A stretch of 64,000 nucleotides of DNA from Octopus sinensis (taxonomy: Eukaryota): NCBI RefSeq assembly GCF_006345805.1, contig NC_043009.1, forward strand, positions 22,754,001-22,818,000, read 5' to 3'. Positions 23,958-38,072 of the stretch are shown one piece after another. Position 1 is the first letter of the stretch, and the number at the start of each line of letters is the position of its first letter. Both the position numbers and the translations under genes were made by a program. The notes beneath the pieces are model-generated. The model saw only the letters and a program-made list of their open reading frames with translations, made no database searches and was not told the origin of the DNA.

Positions 23958-24320
23958 ATATATTCACCACTTAAAAGTGGATGTTGCATTAGAACATACA
24001 GGGTGGCCTAAAAGTAGGTTTACAGTTATCATGGTGGCACTTCAAATTTCTTTTAAAACATTTTATTACATTTAAATTTCTATCTTACAACCTGAAGCGG
24101 GAACTTGACAAAGTTAACTACATTAACATAGAATAATGGTTTCATATTTTTTTATAATTAAGATCTAAACTGTTAATATATGAATGCGAAAGAGATAGTT
24201 GAGTAACTGTAAACCTACTTTTGGGCCACCCTGTATAACTGTATGAGAATTTTCCCTCTTGGGTAAACATTGCAGCATTTGTGTTTTAATGGAACATCCA
24301 CTTTTAAGTGGTGAACATAT
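23958..24320. mobile_element. MITE (outer) with ~33-bp TIRs
   Basis: ATATTCACCACTTAAAAGTGGATGTTGCATTA / TAATGGAACATCCACTTTTAAGTGGTGAACAT. Confidence 0.8.
23999..24233. mobile_element. Tc1/mariner-type MITE nested in the outer MITE
   Basis: TA|CAGGGTGGCCTAAAAGTAGGTTTACAGTTA ... TAACTGTAAACCTACTTTTGGGCCACCCTG|TA. Confidence 0.9.
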
Positions 24321-26188
24321 GTATAAATGAGGGACTGCTTTCAGTTTCAGTCCACCTACAACAATCCACTCACCAGGCTTTGGTCAACCAGGGGCTACAG
24401 TAGAAGGCACTTGCATTAATGGGGAAAAAAAAATGTTCAACCACTCAAAAATTAGGTGCCACTGTTTTTGTTTGTTTGTGTGGTTGATTGTCTTCAATAT
24501 CTGTGCTCTGGTTTCTCAGGAACTGTGAAAGTTAAGGCATTCACTTGATTTTTCTTTTAATTAAATTTATAACAACTGTAATGAAAATGTTTTTTTTTTA
24601 AAGAAATTTTGGTCGTTTTATGGGAAGGCTATTAACTATCAAGATCACATGCCAGCTGTGTTCAACATGGATCATGTTGGATGAGCTAGGGGGTGAGGCT
24701 ATACAAAACTGGGATCACAACAAAGGAAACCATCAGGGGTTTAATTTTAAGTGAAAGTTATGTCAATTATATCCATGATGGAGAAAGTTGGAGGTAGAAG
24801 GTGAGGTGGATGGAGAAAGAAAATGAAGGCGGTAGAGGAGGGGAGGAAGAGAGGAAAAGGAAGGAAGACAAGGGGATGAGCTAAGGATGGAAGTCTTCCT
24901 CCATGTGAGTTGTTTGAAGTAAACCTCTTACCACACAGCCCCACACCTACACAAGAAAATTTTCCAATGGAACTTACTGAGATACAATGCAATGATTTTG
25001 TTTCTGAATCTAAATTTCATGCAGATGGGGTACCCCGCAACAAAGTTCTATAAGAAATATTTTCTTGAACTCAAGTTTAATCCCAGCTTGACAGATTTTT
25101 TTTTCAGTTTTCTCAAGCTAGCAAACCATGGATATATATAGAACGGTCTTAGTCTAATCAATCGACCCCAGGACTTATTCTTTGTAAACCTAGTACTAAT
25201 TCTATCAGTCTTGTTTTCCAAACTGCTAAGTTACAGGGACATAAACGTACCAACAATGGTTGTCAAAGCAGTGATGCGTGGACAAACACAGACACACACA
25301 CGTAAATAAAAAAATAAGAACACAAAAAAACAACAACACAAGGACGTGGTACATGTAAAGTATTATTAGGCACTCAGGGAAGGAAAGAAAGGTGGTTTTA
25401 CTCAGAAACAGGAAAGTCCAATAGAAAAGGAAGATGGAGGAAAAAAATCTCCAACGATTCACATGTGTTTATCAGTTTCTGTCTACCAAATCCTCTCACA
25501 AAGCTTTGGTCAGCCCAAGGCCATAATAGAAGACACTTGCCCAAGGTGCCACACAGTGGGACTGAACCCAGAACCATATGGTTAGGAAACAAGCTTCTTA
25601 CCACACAGCCATGCAGATATGTGTGTGTGTGTGTGTGTGAAAATGGTGTGTGACATACTGGTTAGGATGTTGCACTGATGATTGCTAGATTGTGAGTTCA
25701 ATTCTCAGACAGGATGACGCCTTGTGTTCTTGAGTGAAACACTTTGTTCCATGGTCCTCCAGTCCACTCAGCTAAGTATCCTTGTAATGAAGCCTTCTGA
25801 TCAGGTGAGGAATGTTGGTCTGCTCACCTAACAAGCAGGGTGGCATCATTTGAAAGCTAAAATGATGCAAAGCGCATTGTAACCAACGATGTATAATAAC
25901 ATCTGATAGTCTAGTCAATCACACATATATAAACATACACACACATTTTCTACTGTTGGATGCTCTTCCTGTTGCTACCTCTTGCCTAGTTTTCAAGTAA
26001 TGGCTCGCTTATTCCACACAAATTTGAAAGCGTGATGCCAACAGACAATTTGCTGATAGTGTCAAAACTTAACCTTTTGAATAGAACTTGTGTGAGACCA
26101 CCTTTGCTTCTACAGAACAAACCTTCCATTTTAAAACAATTTAAATTAAAACCTACCATCAAAATTTTGCAGACTATTCAAAACGTAA

Positions 26189-27251
26189 CCTTTTCGTTAC
26201 TACATTTCTGACCAAAATACACCCCTCATGAGTTTCAATTAAATTCTAAAATAATCATGAATCTAGGCTTGTTTCATTAAATAACTGTAACTTTTTTACT
26301 TATCAACATATTAATGTGATATTTGGAACATAATTAAAGAAAGGGTTCTTAATCAATTCTATTGCATAACTTTTGTCTCAAAGTGACTTTAATTACAGGT
26401 AAATCCAGGTAAATTGAGCAAAAGGTAAAACTATTAAAATTTTAAATTGAGCAAAAGGTAAAAATATTAAAATTTTGTTTAAACATCACCATAGAAAATG
26501 AATCATCAGCTAATATTCAAATGGGTATGCAACAAAATTTTGATAAAGAAGAATTGTGCACATCACTATATCATCAGTTGAATTTAACGCACAACAGGTG
26601 TACCATAAAGGTGGAATAAAGTGAAATACTGGAATCCACCGTAAGTTTGACCGAACTAAAGAAATCGGTCAAAAAATAATATACAGCCCTGGTTATGGTA
26701 TGGAAGTGATAAATTCCAGACCACATCGTTCCCTAGGCCATGCTGACTAACATTATTTTCCCTGTATAAAAACTAAATCCACGCAGTACCCAGTATTTGC
26801 TTCACAAATTTTCCGAAATTTGAACCCCCATTTTGTGTTTGTTTACATTTTGCGTAAGTTTGTTTTCGCATTGATCGCTTCAAACAATAACTTCCAGACC
26901 ACATCATACCCTAAGCCATGCTGACTAACATTAGTTTCCCTGTATAAAAACTAAATCCACAACAGTACCCAGTATTTGTTTCACAAATTTTCCAATTCGG
27001 AATCAATGCTTGATAACATGAGACTCCAATCCATTTTCAAAGTTGAAGAAAAATCAATGCTGAAAAAAATGTGGAAAAAAATCTCCCAAAATTCAGGGAA
27101 TTAAAATTACACGTTGATCATTGTACAAAACTGTAGATGAACTGTTTACAAAGTATAATCACGTGTTTTCACGAATGTACTAAAGAGATTTGCTCTGATA
27201 TTCTCATTTAAATATGAATAGGCGGCTTTGGGCGGTTTGGTAACGAAAGGG
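26189..27251 (-). mobile_element. Second copy of the 1.09-kb piggyBac-like element
   Basis: Reverse complement of 8807-9898; ends GTAACGAAAGGG|TTAA. Confidence 0.9.
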
Positions 27252-27544
27252 TTAATAATCACATATGCGTTTCATTAAATTCTCATAATTTTCAAGGGAG
27301 AGTAGTTCACCAGAAAAATATGATAACAAAAGGGTTAAGACCGCATTTAGTTCTATAATACCAACTTCCTGTTTTAAAGAGATTTATTTCACATGGATTT
27401 ATGCTCCAAACACCAGCTTAATAATGGCAAAGTTATGGTACTGAATTCCTCATTATTTTAAAAATTAATTGAAACAAAGACTGTTGTTTAGAAGGAATAA
27501 ATATAAATCTTGTTTCAAAATGCCATAATTACATGAAAGATAAA

Positions 27545-27756
27545 AGTGGCGAGCTGGCAGAACCATTAGCATGAAAGGCTATGTGCTTAGCAGCATTTCA
27601 TCTATCATTTCAGTCTAAGTTCAAATTCCACCAAGGACAACTTAGCCCTTCAGCGTCAATGAAATGAGTCCCAGTTGAGCACTGGGTTCAATGTAATTGA
27701 CTTTGCTCTTCCCCCCAAATTTGTGGCCTTGTGCCAAAATTTGAACCCACTATTAC

Positions 27757-27795
<39 letters not shown>

Positions 27796-28012
27796 GATGG
27801 CAAGCTGACAGAAATCATTAGCAGGTGAGGCAAAATGCTTAGCAGAATTTTGTCCGTCATTACATTCTGAGTTCAAATTGCACTGAGGTTGACTTTGTCT
27901 CTCAGCCATTTGAGGTTGATGAAATGAATACCAGTTGAGCACTGGGGAAACGTAGTCAACTTCCCAACCCCTCAGAACTATTGGCCTCACACCAAAATAA
28001 GAAAGGATTATT
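27545..28012 (+). mobile_element. Two SINE family B copies separated by (ATT)n
   Basis: GGCGAGCTGGCAGAA and GGCAAGCTGACAGAA heads; shared core. Confidence 0.75.
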
Positions 28013-28042
28013 ACAGGTAAGATAATATTTACATTTAATATA

Positions 28043-28205
28043 GGCACAGGAGTGGCTGTGTGGTAAGTAGCTTGCTTACCAACCACATGGTTCCGGGTTC
28101 ATTCCCACTGCGTGGTACCTGGGGCAAGTGTCTTCTACTATAGCCTCGGGCTGACCAAAGCCTTGTGAGTGGATTTGGTAGACAGAAACTGAAAGAAGCC
28201 TGTCG

Positions 28206-28240
<35 letters not shown>

Positions 28241-28432
28241 CTGTGATTGTCCCCCCAACATCGCTTGACAACCGATGCTGGTGTGTTTACATCCCTGTAA
28301 TTTAGCAGTTTGGCAAATGAGACCAATAGAATAACTACTAGGCTTACAAAGAATAAGTCCTGGGGTCAATTTGCTTGATTAAAGGCAGTGCTCCAGCATG
28401 GCCAGTCAAATGACTGAAACAAATAAAAGAGG
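28043..28432 (+). mobile_element. SINE family A, well-preserved reference copy (tRNA head, CORE-like segment, CR1-like tail)
   Basis: A-box-like TGGCTGTGTGGTAAG, B-box-like GGTTCATTCCC, CCTGGGGCAAGTG, internal TA/TG repeat, GGCAGTGCTCCAGCATGG..CAGTCAAATGACTGAAAC tail. Many further copies across the window (e.g. 55780-56210, 58810-59190, 60810-61230). Confidence 0.9.
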
Positions 28433-29074
28433 AAAGGGAGAAAAATTTCAGTACAGTATATTTTATTTTCTATCAACTAAATCATTTCACCAAACGTTTC
28501 ATAATTCCTGATTATTTAGGAATTAAGCAACTTTGTGACAAGTTACTTACAGACACAGTGAAAACCACTGCCTTACAGGCTTATAAAAGAGAAGCATAAT
28601 TTTGAATAATTTAGTTCTAGGTACAAGTGCAGGCATGACTGTGTGCTTAAGAAGCTTACTTTACAGCCACATGATTTGGGGTTCAGTCCCATGACACAGC
28701 ACCTAGGACATGTCTTCTATTATAGTCTCAAGCCAAGCAATGCCTTGGGAGTATATTTGGTAGCTGGAAACTGCGTGGTAGTCATCATATGTGTGTGTGT
28801 GTCACTACCACTCGACAAATAGTGTTGGTTTGTCCCCATAACCTAGCAGTTAGGCAAACGGGATCAATGAAATAAGTACCAGACTTCGAAAAATAAATTG
28901 ATTTGTTTGGTTAAACTTTTCAAGTCATTTATAAGTAAATGGTAAAAGGTTAATACAATCATCATCATCATCAATGTCTGAATAAAAGACAGGTCAGTCT
29001 TGGTTTAATGGCTTTGATTATAGGTTTGCTTCAGGTCAGAGCTGACCTGACGTTAAACAATAACACACACACTA

Positions 29075-29650
29075 GCACTCCATTGGTTACGACAATGAAG
29101 GCTCCAGTTAATCCACTCAATGCAATAATCTGCTCATGAAGTTAATGTGCAAGTGTCTGAGCAATCCACAGACACTTGTACCCTTAACATAGTTCTCAGG
29201 GAGATTCAGCGTGATACAGAATGTACAAGGCTTGCTCTTTGAGATACAGGTACTTCTTATTTTTGCCAGCTGAGTGGACTGGAGCAATGTGAAATAAGTG
29301 TCTTGCTCAAGGACACACAAAAAGCTAGCACTTCGTTGGTTACAATGACGAGGGTTCCAGTTGATCCGATCAACGGAACAACCTGCACATGAAGTGAAGA
29401 TGCAAATGGCTGAGGTCTCCACAGACACATGTACTCTTAACGTAGTTCTCAGAGAGATTCAGCGTGACACAGAATATGACAAGGCTGGCCCTTTGAAATA
29501 CAGGTACTTCTCATTTTTGCCAGGTGAGTGGAATGGAGTAACGGGGAATAAAGTGTCTTGCTCAAGGACACAATGTATCACCGGGAATTGAACTCATGAC
29601 CTTATGATTTTGAGCAAAACACCCTAACCACTAAGCTACATGATTTCACA
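29075..29650 (-). mobile_element. tRNA-derived SINE family C, partially duplicated in tandem
   Basis: 29080-29316 repeats as 29335-29570; head GCTTAGTGGTTAGGGTG..GAGTTCAATTCCC on the minus strand; relatives at ~4240-4515 and 25645-25920. Confidence 0.75.
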
Positions 29651-30971
29651 TAGATATTTACACACACATACAATAGGCTTCTGCATGCTGTTTGTCTACT
29701 AATTTCATTCAGAAGACACTTGCCCTTACCATCGTGACCTGAATGCCCTAACCACAAAGCCACGTGCCTTTACACACACACACACACACAAAGCTCCATA
29801 CACTTTCTTTATGAGGTGCCATGCTTCATGATGGTCCAAACATTCTCATTGTCATTTGAGAAGCAGACCAGCATGATATAATGAATCATCAACCACAAAA
29901 AAACAGGATTTTGATTATGTAATAAAGAAGAATTATGACAAACACAAGAAGATAGCTTGCCTCAATAAAACACAGATTTATTACAGAGTTAAACTGTTTC
30001 TTCACAAATTGTCACATGCACGCATGCACACACACATACACACACAAATAAAAATTGTAATGATAATTAAAAATAGCTTGCTTTACTCTGTATCAGAGTC
30101 ATGACTACAAACAGATGTGTGTGTGTGTGTGCATCTTATATGAAGCAATTCAGAAGGAAGGGGGAGTGAAATTTGATAAGAGGCAGCCTTGAATTTTTAA
30201 TACAATAGCTTTGAACAGCTTGATATGAGCCAAGGCTAATTTTGGCAGAGCCAGATCTGTTACATAGAGTTATCAATGTAACACTGGTATGTGACAAATA
30301 TATTGGATAACACACACACACACATTCACCACCACTACAACCACTGCCCCCTCTTCCACACACAGATATATATATATATAAAAAGTACGATAGCTAGCGA
30401 TTTCTGCCCCACCACCACTGCCACTAACTCTCTCTCTAGTTCCGATTCTCTCTTTCTCGCTGTGTTTCACTCTCTTTTGCTCTGTCTCCCATTCTCTCTC
30501 TCTCTCTCTATTTTGCTGTCTCTCTCTCTCTGTCTCTTGTTCTCCCTTGCTCTGTTTGTCTTGTTTCTCATTCTCTCCCCCCCCACTTCTCTCCCTCTCT
30601 CTCATTCTCTCAAGCACTGGTTCTCATTTTCACTCTCTCTCATTTTTGCTTCCTCTCTCTCTCTGGCTCTCATTCTCTCCCTGTCTATCATTCTCTTTCT
30701 CTCTACCAATCACTTTGAAAGTATTATCAATGTCACAGACAATTCCTTAATCTATTGGGAGAAAGAAAGAATAGCATATTGCTAAAGGACATTTTTGATA
30801 TACAGTCGAATGTCACCTGTACTCCCAGATTAAAGAAACATATGCCTACAACTCACAAAGCCTGTCCTAGTTTCTTTTCCTATCTTGAAGGGCCTCTGTT
30901 CCAATTCGTTTTTTGTTGTTGTTGTTTAGCCCTAGGTCAGACCTGCTTGAGCAGACTAAAGATGATAACTG

Positions 30972-31330
30972 AAGGTGGAAGTATTGTTTTCAGTTGTGTT
31001 TGTTTGTTTGTTTGTTTGTTTGTGAACAAGATATCTCAAGAACCAATGGAGGGATTCGGATGAAACTTTCAGGGATATCTGGCCTCATGACTGGCATGAA
31101 CTGATAAGATTTTGGGATCAATCCGGTATCGGACAAAGATTCTGTATTATTTTTCCTGTTTTTTTTTATTAATTTTTGAGAGCCTTCAGGTTCATTTTTA
31201 GTATTCTCGTTTGTGAGAACAGTCGAAGTTATTTCAGATATTCTCATTTTAAAAATCATCTCTGTCTTATCGTTGAGAGGACATTAGTGTTGCCTTGGCA
31301 GAGGTTCATGCATTCTGGGTGCTCGTTTAC
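30972..31330 (+). mobile_element. Helentron-associated non-autonomous element (HINE/DINE-1-like)
   Basis: (TTTG)n, GATATCTCAAGAACC..GGATTCGGATGAAACTTTCAGG, and terminal CCTTGGCAGAGG followed by a GCATTC/GGGTGC hairpin. Confidence 0.6.
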
Positions 31331-31749
31331 TTTTTTGTTCTTTCCATGCATATTATACCATGATCTATAATATTCAGTGTCCCCATTTCTGAAGACAGAA
31401 AGCTTGTCTGCTATTTTTAGAAGCATCGTCAGTCAATATTTAGTTATAACTGTTTGACATAAATGAGTTTAGGTCTTCAAACAGCTCTTATTCATTTGAT
31501 CATTGTCATCGTCATTGAAAGTCTATGTTCCATGCTGGCATGGGTTGGATGGTGTTTACTAAGGCAGTTTTTTCCACAGCTGGATGCCCTTCCTGTCACC
31601 AACCTTCATCTGTTTCCAAGCAAGCTAATATTTTCCTCCATGGTCAGACATGTTTTTGCAGAATATTGGAAATGAACGACACTGCTTGTATGACAGTGGC
31701 ACTCATTTACAACTATCACATGATAACAAGAACACGGACACACATGGCT

Positions 31750-32238
31750 GATGCATGTACTGCCTGACTGGCACCCGTACCTGTGGCACGTAAAAAGCAT
31801 CATTCGAGTATGATCGATGCCAGTGCCACCTGACTGGTACCTGTACCTGTGGCACGTAAAAAGCATCATTCAAGCATGGTTGATGCCAGTGCTGTCTGAC
31901 TGGCACCCATGCTGGTGGCACATAAAAAGCACCATTCGAGTGTGGTTGATGCCAGTGCCACCTGACTGGCTCCCATGCCAGTGGTACATAAAAAGCACCA
32001 TTTGAGTGTGGTTGATGGCAGTGCCACCTGACTGGCTCCCTTGCTGGTGGCACGTAAAAAGTACCTACTACACTCACGGAGTGGTTGGTGTTAAGGAGGG
32101 CATCCAGTTGTAGAAATCTTGCCAGATCAGATTGGAGCCTGGTGCAGCCTCCTGGCTTGCCAGACCTCAGTCAAACCGTTCAACCCATGCCAGCATGGAA
32201 AATGGATGTTAAACAATGATGAAAACGATGATGATGAT
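31750..32238 (+). mobile_element. RTE-type 3' UTR with 5 tandem ~61-bp modules
   Basis: TGGCACGTAAAAAGCA variants x5, then the shared terminal segment and GAT tail. Confidence 0.85.
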
Positions 32239-32867
32239 ATATGACAGGCATCTTTCAGTTTCCATCTATCAAATCTACTCACAAAGCTTTGGTCAGCCTG
32301 GGGCCATAGTAGCAAACACTTGCAGCAGGACTGAACATGTGGTTGGGAAGCAAATTTCTCAACTACACACTTTTACTTTTTTTCGAGCATTAGATTGTGG
32401 CCATGCTGGAGCACCACCTTGAAAAAATTTAGTTGAATGAATCAACCCCAATATTGATTCTTTCTCTCTCTCTCTTTCCTCGAACAGCCAAGTTATGAGA
32501 ACGTAAACACACCAACACCGGTTGTCTAACAGTGGTAGGGGACAAGCACAGACACAAAGACACATACATCCCAAGGTACCCCACAATAGCAGTTTGTAGT
32601 ACCTGTGACAAGTTTCATAGTATGGACCTTTCATCTTCTAGTGGTCCAACTTCCTGTCAGTTCCCTTGTCTGTGATCTCCTGTCATTTAATCGCTGGAGT
32701 GGCTGTGTGGTAAGTAGCTTGCTTCCCAACAACATGGCTCCTGGTTCAGTTCCACTGCATGGCACTTTGGGCAAGTGTCTTCTACTATAGCCTCGCGCCA
32801 ACCAAAGCCTTGTGAGTGGATTTGGTAGACAGGAACCGAAAGAAGCCCATTGTATATATGTATATGT

Positions 32868-33379
32868 ATCATCATCATCATTGTTCGACCGTGGTCGAGA
32901 CAATGGAATTTACCATGCTACGCCAGACTTCATGGTCCATCATGGCATTACGGAGGTCCTGTTGCTGGATGCCTGTATCCCTGGAAATTACATCAGGGTA
33001 GGAGATGTGCCCCCTCTGGTATTGCGAGTAGATGGCTTCCAGAGGAGAAGAGTAGAAATTACTTCTTTTTCAGCTCTACAACAATGTCCAGCAAACTGGA
33101 CTCTCCTACCTTTCACAAGAGATGACACAGGTGGTAGTTTCCCATATATTTGCATTTTGGTTGGATGGCGCCTCCACGAGAGATTTTGAGCTCTCATAAG
33201 GAGGCAAGTGTAGGTTCCATCCAACCGCCTCTCAAGCTTCTTTGATAACGTCCAGGTTTCTGAGCCATATAGTAGAATTGGTTCGACTGTGGCTTTGAAG
33301 ATTTCAAGTTTGAAGTCTCTACTTAGATGTGATGACCAGATCTTATGCATGTCATTACAGGCTGACCAGGCCATACCCT
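32868..33379 (-). mobile_element. 3' fragment of a second RTE-like LINE family, nested in SINE A (32695-33604)
   Basis: AWSACNDMHKIWSS..LLYGSETWTLSK..RRVQFAGH; (GAT)n tail. Confidence 0.85.
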
Positions 33380-33380
33380 G

Positions 33381-33415
<35 letters not shown>

Positions 33416-35185
33416 TTGTCCCCCCAACATCGCTTGACAACCGATGCTGGTGTGTTTATGTCCCTGTAACTTAGCGGTTCGGCAAAAAAGACCAATAGAA
33501 TAAGTACTAGGATTACAAAGAATAAGTCCTGGGGTCGATTTGCTCGGCTAAAGGCGTTGCTCTAGCATGGCCACAGTCAAACACCTGAAACAAGTAAAAG
33601 AGTAATCTACTAAATTTACTCTATGTTCCATCATATACCATTCTCTTGTAACATCTTCCATTTCTTTGTCTGGCACTTATGTTGCTATTTTGGTCTTCTT
33701 TGTTGTTGTTGTTGTTGTTGTTTTCCCTCTCATGCACACACTTTATACCAAAATATAACTGGCAATGAATTGTAAGTTGTTGTTATTGAAGGTCAAACCA
33801 ATTAACGAAACTAATTGGGATAAAAAAAGAAAAAAACAAACAAATCAACCCCCACCCCCAGATGTGATTTCCCTGGAAGTTATCAGAAACTGTTGTGTTG
33901 TAGAAAGAAGAGAGTTTAAAGATCAGAGAATCCTATCTTGAAAAGATAAGAGTTTAATAATATCTAAGTCTGCAGCAGGTATTCATTTTGTCTTTTTTTA
34001 TTAATTCCGGCTGTAGATACTTGTCTGAAGAATGGCATGGTGCAGGTAGAGTGGCGACGAAGGAACAAGTAATTCTTTTGCAGGGTTATCAATGATAAGA
34101 TAGTTTGAATCTGCCACCCTTTCTTTCCTCTGCACACACAAAAATAAAAACAAAAAGCCCCCCAAAGATCAGAAGAATAAATGTAAAACATAAAGGTTTT
34201 CATATGAAGACTTGGCACTACAACACACAGCACATGGAGATGAACTTTTGTTTTTAATTATCAATCTTCACATACATAGCACATTAAAAGAAGGGGAAAA
34301 AATCTTATTCCAAATACTGAAGCCAATTGTTTCTTGGAAACTGATGTTATTGCCAAGATTATATTTTTCAGGTGTTTTTTTTTTTGGCGGCAGGGGTGGG
34401 GTGGGGTATATTTTTTTTCTCTCTCCTGTCTAAAGTACACATTCACATTGATATTATAAACATGGTGTTGTATTTGTAGAACTGTTGAAGAATATGGAAG
34501 AAATATAATGCTAATTCAGTATCTCAAATAGTACAGGTGTATCATAGTTACACTCCTGATCTTCCAGCAGCCAATATCATGTTAATTCTGTATGGCGTTA
34601 ACATTACCATTTGATATATTTTCTCTTTTGTTTGTTTTAGTCATTAGACTGCAGTTTTTCTTCAAATAAAATACTTACTTCCTTACATCATCATCATCAT
34701 CGTTTAGCATCTGCTTTCCATGCTAGCATGGGTTAGACAATTTGACTGAGGTCTGGCAAACCAGATGGCTGCACCAGGCTCCAATCTGATCTGGCAGAGT
34801 TTCTACAGCTGGATGCCCTTCCTAATGCCAACCACTCCGAGAGTGTAGCGAGTGCTTTTACGTGCCACGCTCAAATGGTGCTTTTTATGTGCCATCGGCA
34901 CAGAGGCCAGCTTGTATGGTATTCTCGTATGATCACGCTCGTATGTTACTCTTAGCGCTCCACTAGCACGGATGCCAGTCATCATCGAATTTGATTTCAA
35001 TTTCACTTGCCTCAATGGGTCTTCGCAAGCATTGTTTAGTGTCCAATGAAGGAAAGGTACATATAAATGGGCTGGTTTTTTACCTTTTTATTTTTTAAAA
35101 CCTGGAACTTATATTGTCAGACACCAACGCCAATTGTCAAGTGGTGGTAGAAGACAAACACAGACAGAAATACACACATGCATAT

Positions 35186-35730
35186 ATGAAGTGGTGTGAA
35201 AATGTTTCTGGACTAGTTCTGTAGTGTGCCAACAGATGGCAGAACACAGCTGCATGTGCAGTGAAAGCTAGCAGTGTGTCAAGTGACATCGCTGTGTTTA
35301 CTTTGCAAATTGTGAAATTTGTTTGTTTGTGATCACGTGTATGCTGTAGTGTGTGATTTTGTCATGGACAGGAACAAAGAGCCAATGTGAAATTTTGTAT
35401 TAAACTAGTTGTTGTCTGCTCTAGAGATAGTGAGCATGCTTTGGCAAGCTTACAGCAGCAAGGCAATGGGTTGTACACAATGTTTCGAGTGTCACGAGCA
35501 CTTCAAAATCGGAAGAACGAAAAGCAAGAAGATGATGAGTGATCCGGAAGACTTCTCATGAGCTTTGCCTCTAGAAATGTGGTATTGTGCATCAAGAATT
35601 CATCCCCCAGGGCCAGACTATCAATCAAGAGTTCTACTGCAACATGCTGAAGCTTTTGAGGAAGAACATTTGGAAAAAGTGACCAAATTTGTGGAGCATG
35701 AAGAATTGGATTGTTCAGGACGACAATGTA
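35186..35730 (+). pseudogene. Mariner transposase remnant (internally deleted)
   Basis: EQRANVKFCIKL; DDE*SGR; GIVHQEFIPQGQTINQEFYCN; WIVQDDN. Confidence 0.8.
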
Positions 35731-35860
35731 AGCTCGTGTTTTGCTTATGGTAGCATCCTTATAAGCTGCTTGAAGCATGATAACCGTTTCGGCCGCTGTT
35801 TTCCCTAAGCAGAAAACAGAATTTCACAAAAGCATGCTGTTCCTTGTTTCAGCCATTGTA
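35730..35860 (-). pseudogene. Second mariner N-terminal HTH fragment
   Basis: GKTAAETVIMLQAAYKDATISKTRAY. Confidence 0.65.
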
Positions 35861-36815
35861 AAAATTGATGAATAGGAGTAAAGTACTGCAATACAAAGAC
35901 ACTTTATTCTGGCAGATTTTCTGTAGCTTGATGCCCTTCTTGTTGCCAACACTCACCTCTTTCCAACTAAGGTGATATTTCTTTGTAGCCGTACATGGTT
36001 TTGCAGAATATTGGAAATGAATGACATTCTGCTCCAGCATGACTGCAATCCAGTGACTGAAACAAATACAAAAACACTCTCTCTCTCTCTCCCCCTCTCT
36101 CTCTCTCAGTACAACTTCACTGGATGCCTGAGGCTTGCATCAAGTGGCTTATAGCAACAGAAGCCTGAATTACAATGGGCATTTTCCACAGAGAACGTCT
36201 TCGGTTACTTTTGGGCATATCCTCATATATACACACACACAAACATATACACCCATACATACAGATAAATGCATGTACATTATAGATGTGTGCGCGCGCA
36301 CGTGTGTGTGTGTGTATGTATGCATGTATGTGTGTGTGTGTATATATATATATTCTAAAACCATTTCATTTCCTATGAGTTGTATCCTAGTAATTACTGC
36401 ATTATTCAACATGGGACACGTGCACGTGGTTGCTTGAAGTCTATAAGACAAATATTAAAAGAGGCACAGTTTCACTAAGAATACACAAAACTATTAATAA
36501 GCACCATGCTGATCCATTCAGTGCACTAACAATATCACATAGAGTGCAGAAACCTTGTAATATTGATGACTAGAAGCCAAGAATAATACAGCAATTTCAA
36601 GTTATTAGTTTGGAAAAGCTAGAATGAGCGAAGAAAATATTAGCTCCAGGAATAAAAGAAGGACATTTTGAACATTTTATTACATTTATTCTGTTATTCC
36701 ATGTTGGCAGTTTTGCTTCTTTCTGTTTAGAATTTTATATTGTTGTTGTTTGCAATAAGTGCTTTGTTCATTTAAAATTTAGCATGAAGTATGGTTAACC
36801 TTGTACATACATATA

Positions 36816-36902
<87 letters not shown>

Positions 36903-37007
36903 AGTGATCCGGAAGACTTCCATGAGCTTTGCCTCTGGAAATGTGGTATTGTGCATCAAGAATTCATCCCCCAGGGCCAGACTGTCAATCAAGAATTCTA
37001 CTGCAAC

Positions 37008-37053
<46 letters not shown>

Positions 37054-37517
37054 ATTTATTGTAAAGTACACTTAAAATATATTCATGATTTTGGGTTCAG
37101 TCCCACTGTAAGGCACTTGGACAAACATCTTCCACTACAGCCTGAAGCTAACCAAATGCATGTGAGAGGATTTAGTAGATGGATACTGAAAGCAGCTCAG
37201 TGTGTGTGTGCGTGCGAGAGAGAGAGGGGGGGAGAGAGGAGAGAGAGAGAGAGAGAGTATTTGTTTCAGTCACTGGATTGCAGTCATGCTGGAGCAGAAT
37301 GTCATTCTTTTCCAATATTCTGCAAAACCATGTACGGCCACAAAGAAATATCACCTTAGTTGGAAACAGGTGAGTGTTGGCAACAAGAAGGGCATCAAGC
37401 TACAGAAAATCTGCCAGAATAAACTCTGCTCAACCCATGGAAGCATGAAGAAGCGGGAGTTAAAAATGAGTATTTCTTTCATACATACATACATATACAC
37501 ACACACACACACACATA

Positions 37518-37553
<36 letters not shown>

Positions 37554-38072
37554 TTGGTGACACTGCCAGTGTTGGTGCCATGCAAAAGCATCCAGTCCAC
37601 ACTGCAGAACACTTGGCATTTGGAAGGGCATACAGGTGTTAAAACTATACCAGAACTGTACCACATAAAAGTCTGGTGCAGGCCAGCTCCCATCAATTCG
37701 TCCAACCCATGCAAGCAATTATGATGATGATAGAGAGAGAGAGAGAAAGAGACACACACACACACAAATGTATTTCATATACTAAGCAAGTCCTTATACA
37801 CTTGAAAAAATAGAATTTGGGGGTCCAATTCTTTAGCATATTAAACTCTATAAAATATTCTTTCCTACTTTAGGCACAAGGCCTGAAATATTTAGGAGGG
37901 GTGGATCGATTATTTTGACCACAGAACACAACTGATACTTAATTTATCGACTCTGAAAGGATGAAAGGCAAAATTGTACCTGGCGGAATTTGAAATCAAA
38001 ACATAGGGACAAACGAAATGCCGCTAAGCATTTCACTCGGCATGCTAACATTTCAGCCACCTCACCACCTTT

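Noticed and set aside
28043-28115. tRNA genes at SINE heads
   Set aside because: A/B-box-like motifs only; they continue into SINE bodies and lack a complete cloverleaf.
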